Assembly: GCA_965649115.1 (NCBI GenBank)
Contig: CBFGJN010000052.1
Span: 1 to 14,042, forward strand
Direction: 5' to 3'
Length of the DNA: 14,042 nt
Source: a candidate division WOR-3 bacterium
GTDB taxonomy: Bacteria > Hydrothermota > Hydrothermia > LBFQ01 > DSFT01
Shown: piece after piece, positions 8,538 to 14,042 of the stretch
Position numbering within the stretch: the first letter of the stretch is position 1
Layout: each line of letters starts with the position of its first letter
Made by a program: the position numbers and the translations under genes
Notes under the pieces: model-generated
Told to the model about the DNA's origin: nothing
Databases searched by the model: none
What the model saw: only the letters and a program-made list of their open reading frames with translations

Positions 8538-8972
8538 TTAACCTCCTCTTTTCATTATTAAAACATCACCAGCACCCTTACTCTTTAAGAAATCTATCAT
8601 TTGAACAACATTGTCATATACAACTTCATTATCAGCAGAAAGAAGAGCATTCTTTTCTATACTTCTTGCTAAGAGCTTTGGAACTAAATCTTCAAGTTGT
8701 TCCTGCGTAACAACTTTCTTATTTAATTCAATAGTCCCATCTGCTCTCATATGAATACTAACCTTAACATCGGTCTTAATTTGCTTTTGTTGTATAGGTC
8801 TATTTAATTTTGCTGCCATAGAACGACTTACAAAAATTCCTGATTCAACAAGAAAAGGAATTGTAAGAACGAAAACCTTTACAAGAGAACCCATAACATC
8901 GGTTAATGAAATGAGGCCCGCTGCGGGGACCTCAGCTTCTACTGAGCCATGTTCCATTCTTCTCCTTGGCAT
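8538..8972 (-). CDS. exbD: ExbD/TolR family protein
   Basis: TM segment LISLTDVMGSLVKVFVLT with the conserved Asp, and LLSADNEVVYDNVVQMIDFLKSKG. ATG at 8972 is preferred over the GTG at 8981 because SD GAGGGGGTGA sits at 8978-8987. Confidence 0.88.
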   Translation of the reverse strand: MPRRRMEHGSVEAEVPAAGLISLTDVMGSLVKVFVLTIPFLVESGIFVSRSMAAKLNRPIQQKQIKTDVKVSIHMRADGTIELNKKVVTQEQLEDLVPKLLARSIEKNALLSADNEVVYDNVVQMIDFLKSKGAGDVLIMKRGG

Positions 8973-8977
8973 TAAAA

Positions 8978-9634
8978 TCACCCCCTCGTTGCTTGATATT
9001 CCCTAAGGATAACTAAAAACTCTTGAACAGCTGCTTCAATTCTTGAAACAAGAACATCAACATTCCTATTAAAGATATTAAAGAAAATAACAGCCAATAC
9101 TGCTATAATAAGTCCTGTCCATGTAGCTACAAGGGAAGTAGATATTCCTTCACCTACAACCTCTGGACCACCTGTTCCAGTGACTGCTATTTCGTGGAAA
9201 GCGTGGATTAGACCATCAACTGTTCCAAACAAACCAAGAAGAGGAGCTAAAACGCTTATAACACTTATAGGTGTTAATCTCTGAGTTAATCTATCCTTTT
9301 CGTTTAGAATTCTAGCGTACATAAGTTTCTCAACTTCTTCGGGAGGAAGTTCAGCATTTTGAAGGCCAACTCTTAGAACATTTCTTATAGGTGTATCTTG
9401 ATCACCAAGTCTCTTCAATGCACCCTCAATATCTCCTTCTCTAAGATGTGTTAGCGTTTCCTTTACTATCCTATTAGCATCAGGTTCTCTTCTTCTGTTG
9501 TAAGCTATGAATCTTTCAATAACAAGAGCAATAAGGATAATTGAAACCACCAAGAGAATGAACATTGGGAAACTTGAAAAATAGGTTTTGGGTCCTACGA
9601 CCCCATCCCAAACTGCATATAGTTTAAAGATCAT
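8978..9634 (-). CDS. exbB: MotA/TolQ/ExbB proton channel family protein
   Basis: Three TM helices, including LAPLLGLFGTV.G..AF, GIS..LVAT..GL.IA and IERF after TM1. Strong SD AAGGAGGTGA. Confidence 0.93.
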   Translation of the reverse strand: MIFKLYAVWDGVVGPKTYFSSFPMFILLVVSIILIALVIERFIAYNRRREPDANRIVKETLTHLREGDIEGALKRLGDQDTPIRNVLRVGLQNAELPPEEVEKLMYARILNEKDRLTQRLTPISVISVLAPLLGLFGTVDGLIHAFHEIAVTGTGGPEVVGEGISTSLVATWTGLIIAVLAVIFFNIFNRNVDVLVSRIEAAVQEFLVILREYQATRG

Positions 9635-9651
9635 CTTCCTTCACCTCCTTC

Positions 9652-12243
9652 TTATTTAGGTAAAATTTGTAAAATTTGATCTATTTGGCTTACCATTTGT
9701 GTATTTCCCTCTTGTTCAAATAATGTTCTTGCTTGTTGTAAATAAGTTATTGCTTCTCTTGAATTACCGAGTTGAGAATAAGAATAACCTATCCAATATA
9801 ATGTATTTGCTTTGTTTTTACTTTCTGGAAACTTTTGCAATGCTTCTTGACCTATTTGAATAGCAGAATTAAAATCACTTGAAGCTAAATATGCTCTCAT
9901 AAGGTAATCATAAACATTTTCAATTTGTTGTCCATTAGGGAAGAAATCTTTATATTTCTTTAATGCTTGAATTGCTTGTTGATATTTCTTCTGCTTCAAA
10001 TATAAAGCACCAGCAGTATATAATGCTTCTGAGGATTTAGGACTGTTTGGAAATTCATTAGCTACCCTAAAGAATAAATCTGCTGCTTTTTCCTCATCAC
10101 CATTTTGATAAGCCTGGGCTGCTTGATAGTATAAGGCTTCTGCTGCTTTATCACTTGCCGGATATTTTTGAGCAAGTTGTTCAGCGTACTTAGGATCTTG
10201 TGTTGAAGCAACTAAGTAAACATCTTCAACCCTTTTTCTAACATCAGGAGCAAGCTCGTGATCTGGATATAAGTATAAGAATTTCTCATATACTTGAATT
10301 GCTTTATCAAATTCTTTATTTACTGAATAGTTCCTACCTAATGAGTACATTGCTCTTGGTGTTATAGGATGACCAGGGAAATGCTCAACCTCCCATTCTA
10401 ATAACGCTATCGCCTTATCAAGTTGTCCAGCTTTTACATAAATATCAGCTGCCCTATAAGCAGAAAGAGCAGCTCTTGGATGATCAGGATATTCATTAAC
10501 TACCCTCTCCCAAAGTCTAACAGCATCACCATAAGATTTAAGTGCAAGAGCTGCAAATCCTTGGAAATACAAAGCTTCTCCACTTTCATACCTTGGAGTA
10601 TATAATGCCGCAATAGCAAAGTCTTTAAATGCATCCATATATTCAACCTTATTGAATTTTGCAACACCTTTGCCAAGGAAAAGAGCAATAATTAATGAGG
10701 TATCACCTCTTGCTCTAACAGCACCATCTATGGAATTAAAGTGCGCCAGTGCATCATCATATCTTTTTTGATGATAAGCTATCCAACCAAGACCAAGCCT
10801 TGAAAGTATTACTAAATCTCTCGTTAATTGTTTCTTGATGTTTATATTATATCTTAATTCTGCTTCAGTATAAGCACCTGCATAATAGTGAGCTTCAGCT
10901 AAACCATAAACGTACCAACCTTTCCATAAATCAAATGAGGTATCTTGGGCTTCTGGTCTAATCGTATCTTGCATTTCAGAATAGTAGATATTACCTTTTA
11001 ATAAGGCTTCCTTGAATTTCCTATCACGAACAAGTGATAACATCTCCATAGCCATAGAAGGTTTTCTTAGAAATGTTTGCTTATAATTTTCAATTACGAG
11101 CTCAAAATTCTTAGCAGCAGGTGTGAATTTTCCAAGAGAATAATCAATTGCACCTCTGGCATATTCACCGATTCCTGCCTCTTCTGGTGGGAATTTCATT
11201 TGCTTCAATTGATCAGCCATAGTATAAGACTTTAAAGTATCTCCAACAAAGAAATTAGCTTGCATAAGTCTTATAAATGAAACATTATAAATATCTTGAT
11301 CATTTGCTTTTGAAAGTGCAGTTTCATAGTACTTAACAGCTTCCTTATATTTAGCTTTTGCATCATCTGCCTTCCCTTCTTGCTTATATTGATTACCCCA
11401 TTCTCTTTCAGCATTTCCAGCAAAATAAGCAGCTAAATTAGCAAATTCAAAATTCTGCTTCTTTGAAATTAATGTTAATTTTTCAATAGAACTTTCAAAT
11501 TCCTTCATTCTATATAAAGAAATACCCCAGTAGTACTGAACCCAATCTGAAAATAATGAACCATGATATTTTTCAATAAATGTTTTCGCTAGCTCAGCAG
11601 TCCCCTTATAATCACCATATATAAAATTAGCCTCAACCATAGCATAAGATATAAATGGTTCTCTTGGTGTATTCTTATATTTTTCTAATAGAACCTTATA
11701 TACTCCAATAGCTTGAAGTGGTCTTTGTAATAATGCTAAACTTCTTGCATAATAAAATTGAGCTTCAGGAATATCAGTTATATCTTTTAATTTTTCAATA
11801 GCCTCATCATATCTTCCTTCTCTATAATCAATTATTCCAAGAAGCATCTTTGTTCTATTTGAATTTTTATAATATGGATATTTTTGAAGTTCTTGAATAA
11901 CCTGCTTTGCTTCCTTAGGGTCTCTAAAATTCGTAAAGAATACTGAAATAGCATAAGCAACTTCACCTTTTAAATAAGGAAGTTTTTTCTCAATATATCC
12001 ATCTTTATATAATGACATAAACTGATCATAAGCAGCTTTATAATCACCTCCATTAAATCTACACTCAGCTATTCTGTAAAGAAATTCTTTTTCATAACCG
12101 AATTTTCTAGCATCTGTAAGAAGTCTTCTATATATCCTTTCCGCTCTATCGTACTTTCCAGCAAAGAATAGTGCCTCTGCTTCTCTATATGATTTATAAA
12201 ATTCTTCATAGGTCAAGCTTATAATCAAAATTGTACCCATCAT
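9652..12243 (-). CDS. Large tetratricopeptide-repeat protein (CpoB/YbgF/BamD-like repeats)
   Basis: Repeating helical TPR pattern across 863 aa, with many (Y/F)P-x-(S/H) turns (NEYPDHPRA, HFPGHPIT, LYPDHELA, EFPNSPKS, KFPESKNK). Short hydrophobic N-terminus. SD GGGGGTGA; overlaps the upstream stop. Confidence 0.88.
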   Translation of the reverse strand: MMGTILIISLTYEEFYKSYREAEALFFAGKYDRAERIYRRLLTDARKFGYEKEFLYRIAECRFNGGDYKAAYDQFMSLYKDGYIEKKLPYLKGEVAYAISVFFTNFRDPKEAKQVIQELQKYPYYKNSNRTKMLLGIIDYREGRYDEAIEKLKDITDIPEAQFYYARSLALLQRPLQAIGVYKVLLEKYKNTPREPFISYAMVEANFIYGDYKGTAELAKTFIEKYHGSLFSDWVQYYWGISLYRMKEFESSIEKLTLISKKQNFEFANLAAYFAGNAEREWGNQYKQEGKADDAKAKYKEAVKYYETALSKANDQDIYNVSFIRLMQANFFVGDTLKSYTMADQLKQMKFPPEEAGIGEYARGAIDYSLGKFTPAAKNFELVIENYKQTFLRKPSMAMEMLSLVRDRKFKEALLKGNIYYSEMQDTIRPEAQDTSFDLWKGWYVYGLAEAHYYAGAYTEAELRYNINIKKQLTRDLVILSRLGLGWIAYHQKRYDDALAHFNSIDGAVRARGDTSLIIALFLGKGVAKFNKVEYMDAFKDFAIAALYTPRYESGEALYFQGFAALALKSYGDAVRLWERVVNEYPDHPRAALSAYRAADIYVKAGQLDKAIALLEWEVEHFPGHPITPRAMYSLGRNYSVNKEFDKAIQVYEKFLYLYPDHELAPDVRKRVEDVYLVASTQDPKYAEQLAQKYPASDKAAEALYYQAAQAYQNGDEEKAADLFFRVANEFPNSPKSSEALYTAGALYLKQKKYQQAIQALKKYKDFFPNGQQIENVYDYLMRAYLASSDFNSAIQIGQEALQKFPESKNKANTLYWIGYSYSQLGNSREAITYLQQARTLFEQEGNTQMVSQIDQILQILPK

Positions 12244-13352
12244 ATCCCTTTCACCCCCTTCTTAACATTTACTAATCCTCCTCTTCTTTTATATATCTTG
12301 CCATCTTCCGTTCTAACGATAAATTCATAATAATAAACACCTTTTCCTACATATCTACCTTCTTCATCAACAACATGCCAATAAATACATTCACTTGGTG
12401 GAGGACCATCCCCCCAATATGTCTTATAAATTTTACCCCATCTATTTGTTATATTAAATGTCCACCTTGAAACTTTTGAAGGTAAAATATACCTAAAACA
12501 AACCTTCGTAACACTTGCCTCAGCTTCTGGCAAAACTTCTATAATTTTAGGTGAAGATTCAGCCCAAACTGTATAACCAAAGAACTTAACAGTTAAACCA
12601 AATGTCCAAACTTTATTTTTACTTTCAGCTTTAATATCATTAACACTTACATCTCCTAATATATCAACAGTATTATAAACATAGATTAAACCCAAGCCTG
12701 CTGGAATTTTATGTTTTATGATTGAATCATTTGGATTATAATTATAGCCAAATCTTAAAAATAAAGGATAAAATGGATCAATTTCAAAACCAATAGATGC
12801 CAAATCTTGACTTTTAACATTTCTCGCAAATGTTGAATTTAAATCCATAGTCATTGCTAAACTTCTCCCAATAACAGGCAAAGGATAATTTGCTAATTGA
12901 ATACCAAATCTTAAAGACAAGGCATTTGGTGTATCTAAATTCTCAGCAGTGAAACCAAACATAAAATAATCACTAAAATAAAAACTAAATCCACCATAAA
13001 CATGTGGTCTTAAATTATTCTTTAATAATGTATCTGATGTCCATGGGTATTGAACACCAAGACCTATATTAAAACCACTAAAATTCCTTGCCAAAACACC
13101 ATAAATCATACCATTTTTGGTTGTATCAATAGAACCTGCCAAACCAATTGAAATGAATCTATTTGGAATAACAATGCCACCACCATAATAACCATTTTGT
13201 GAATAAAATCCACCAATCATAACTCTACTTGCCATTGAAGCAGCAGAAGGATTAAAAAAGATACCATCAACCCTTTCAGCATATGCATTATAAGCAGAAC
13301 CCATAGATATAGGATGAGGTCCAACCATTAAACTAAAAATAAAGTTTATCAT
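12240..13352 (-). CDS. PorV/PorQ (FadL-like) family outer-membrane beta-barrel with C-terminal FlgD/CTD-like Ig domain
   Basis: The N-terminal GPHPISMGSAYNAYAERVDGIFFNPSAAS matches the G-x-R-x2-(G/A)MG-x-A...D...(Y/F)xNPA signature of PorV/PorQ/FadL-like barrels. Amphipathic strands follow (FNIGLGVQY, LFLRFGYNY, WTFGLTVKF), then an ~100-aa Ig-like tail. Confidence 0.75.
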   Translation of the reverse strand: MINFIFSLMVGPHPISMGSAYNAYAERVDGIFFNPSAASMASRVMIGGFYSQNGYYGGGIVIPNRFISIGLAGSIDTTKNGMIYGVLARNFSGFNIGLGVQYPWTSDTLLKNNLRPHVYGGFSFYFSDYFMFGFTAENLDTPNALSLRFGIQLANYPLPVIGRSLAMTMDLNSTFARNVKSQDLASIGFEIDPFYPLFLRFGYNYNPNDSIIKHKIPAGLGLIYVYNTVDILGDVSVNDIKAESKNKVWTFGLTVKFFGYTVWAESSPKIIEVLPEAEASVTKVCFRYILPSKVSRWTFNITNRWGKIYKTYWGDGPPPSECIYWHVVDEEGRYVGKGVYYYEFIVRTEDGKIYKRRGGLVNVKKGVKGI

Positions 13353-13355
13353 ATT

Positions 13356-13883
13356 CTATAATTTTAAAGCATAAGTTTTAAAAACTTTATAGACAGGCCC
13401 AGATGGATAAAGAATACTCTCAAAAAGCGTAATTTTTTCAATTTGGAACTCAAAATTAAATTCAATAGGTTTAAAGTTTATGGCTTTTAGTTTTTTATTT
13501 CTTGCTATGGTTATATGAGGAGAAAAGGGTTTATTATCGCCATAATTTTTAAAGCTCCTCTGAATATCCTTAGCTAAGTTTTCTAATTCTTCATTACTTT
13601 CAACACCTATCCAAAGAACATTTAATTCATCGCCATAAACAGGAAATTTACCCAAATTTTTAAGTCTTAAAGAAAAAACCCTATATCTATTTGAAATTTC
13701 ATATAATTTTCTATCAATTTTATCTATTTCTTTATCAGTAATTTCACCAAGAAATTTTAATGTTATATGATAAAGATGATAATCAACCCACTTTAAATCT
13801 AAAACTTTAATCATATCTTCTATTTTACTATATATATAATTTTTTGCCTCTAAGGGTAAATCAAGACCTATAAACATTCTCAT
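13356..13883 (-). CDS. thpR: RNA 2',3'-cyclic phosphodiesterase (2H phosphoesterase, LigT/ThpR)
   Basis: MRMFIGL start, two HxT motifs (YHITLKFLG, FSPHITIAR), LFES.L...GPVY at the C-terminus. SD GAGG. Confidence 0.94.
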   Translation of the reverse strand: MRMFIGLDLPLEAKNYIYSKIEDMIKVLDLKWVDYHLYHITLKFLGEITDKEIDKIDRKLYEISNRYRVFSLRLKNLGKFPVYGDELNVLWIGVESNEELENLAKDIQRSFKNYGDNKPFSPHITIARNKKLKAINFKPIEFNFEFQIEKITLFESILYPSGPVYKVFKTYALKL

Positions 13884-13937
13884 TTTTAAACCTCAAAAGT
13901 ATAAACGAAAGCCCCAAAATTATAATGCCTTGTCCAA

Positions 13938-14039
13938 TAATTCTGGAATTATTTATTTTTCTTTATTTTCCCACCCACCCTAAATAAAAGCCTTCGCCTT
14001 TAAAATACCCATTTTTTGCTTTGGGGGGCGAAGCCCCCC
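13938..14039 (-). repeat. Dispersed structured repeat element, right copy (inverted relative to 12-115)
   Basis: Reverse complement reads GGGGGGC-TTC-GCCCCCC-AAAGCAAAAAATGGGTATTTTAAAGGC-GAA-GGCTTTTATTTAGGGTGGGTGGG...CAGAATTA. Confidence 0.85.
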
Positions 14040-14042
14040 TAA

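Noticed and set aside
8087..8710. 207-aa + strand ORF
   Set aside because: Antisense to the two well-supported exbD genes, with no family features.
6970..9634. Calling the motor a canonical Tol-Pal (tolQRA) or MotAB stator
   Set aside because: No tolB or pal is present. The C-terminal domain is TonB-like, and the small subunits have ExbD/TolR rather than MotB periplasmic domains.
10423..10605. 60-aa + strand ORF
   Set aside because: Antisense shadow within the TPR gene.
10500..10688. 62-aa - strand ORF
   Set aside because: Out-of-frame ORF nested in the TPR gene.
6035..12243. Higher GC of the Ton cluster as evidence of horizontal transfer
   Set aside because: Visible by eye but largely explained by Gly/Ala/Pro-rich proteins and possibly expression-linked codon use. 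There are no mobility genes or junction repeats.
13350..13358. thpR-barrel fusion by stop read-through (same frame, TAG AAT ATG)
   Set aside because: A cytoplasmic 2H enzyme fused ahead of an outer-membrane barrel is implausible. ThpR ends at its normal length and no recoding signal is evident.
1..14042. Whole window as a transposon or linear replicon with terminal inverted repeats
   Set aside because: No transposase, integrase or replication gene is present. The content is chromosomal envelope/housekeeping, and the repeats are diverged. A dispersed repeat at contig ends is the simpler explanation.

Overview
This is an AT-rich fragment from a diderm (LPS-making) bacterium. The T9SS/PorV-like genes and sequence style suggest an FCB-superphylum relative such as WOR-3, but that is inference only. 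The + strand carries rseP-lpxD. Converging on it is a long, tightly packed - strand gene run: thpR (2H phosphoesterase), a PorV/PorQ-like beta-barrel with a C-terminal FlgD/CTD-like Ig domain, an 863-aa TPR protein, ExbB, two ExbD, TonB, an exported Ig + degenerate OmpA-like protein, a TlpA lipoprotein, a Zn-dependent dehydrogenase, an 80-aa probable gene remnant and a 637-aa WD40-like protein. Both window ends carry diverged copies of one ~105-bp non-coding element in inverted orientation. It has two GAA-loop hairpins and a GGGTGGGTGGG tract. The most interesting signals are (1) a Ton-type motor cluster coupled to a PorV-like barrel, with no TonB-dependent receptor in view, (2) non-canonical charged residues in the motor's membrane helices (one ExbD has Asn in place of the essential Asp; ExbB has lost the conserved Glu and gained an Asp), and (3) the structured terminal repeat, in which one hairpin loop is flipped.
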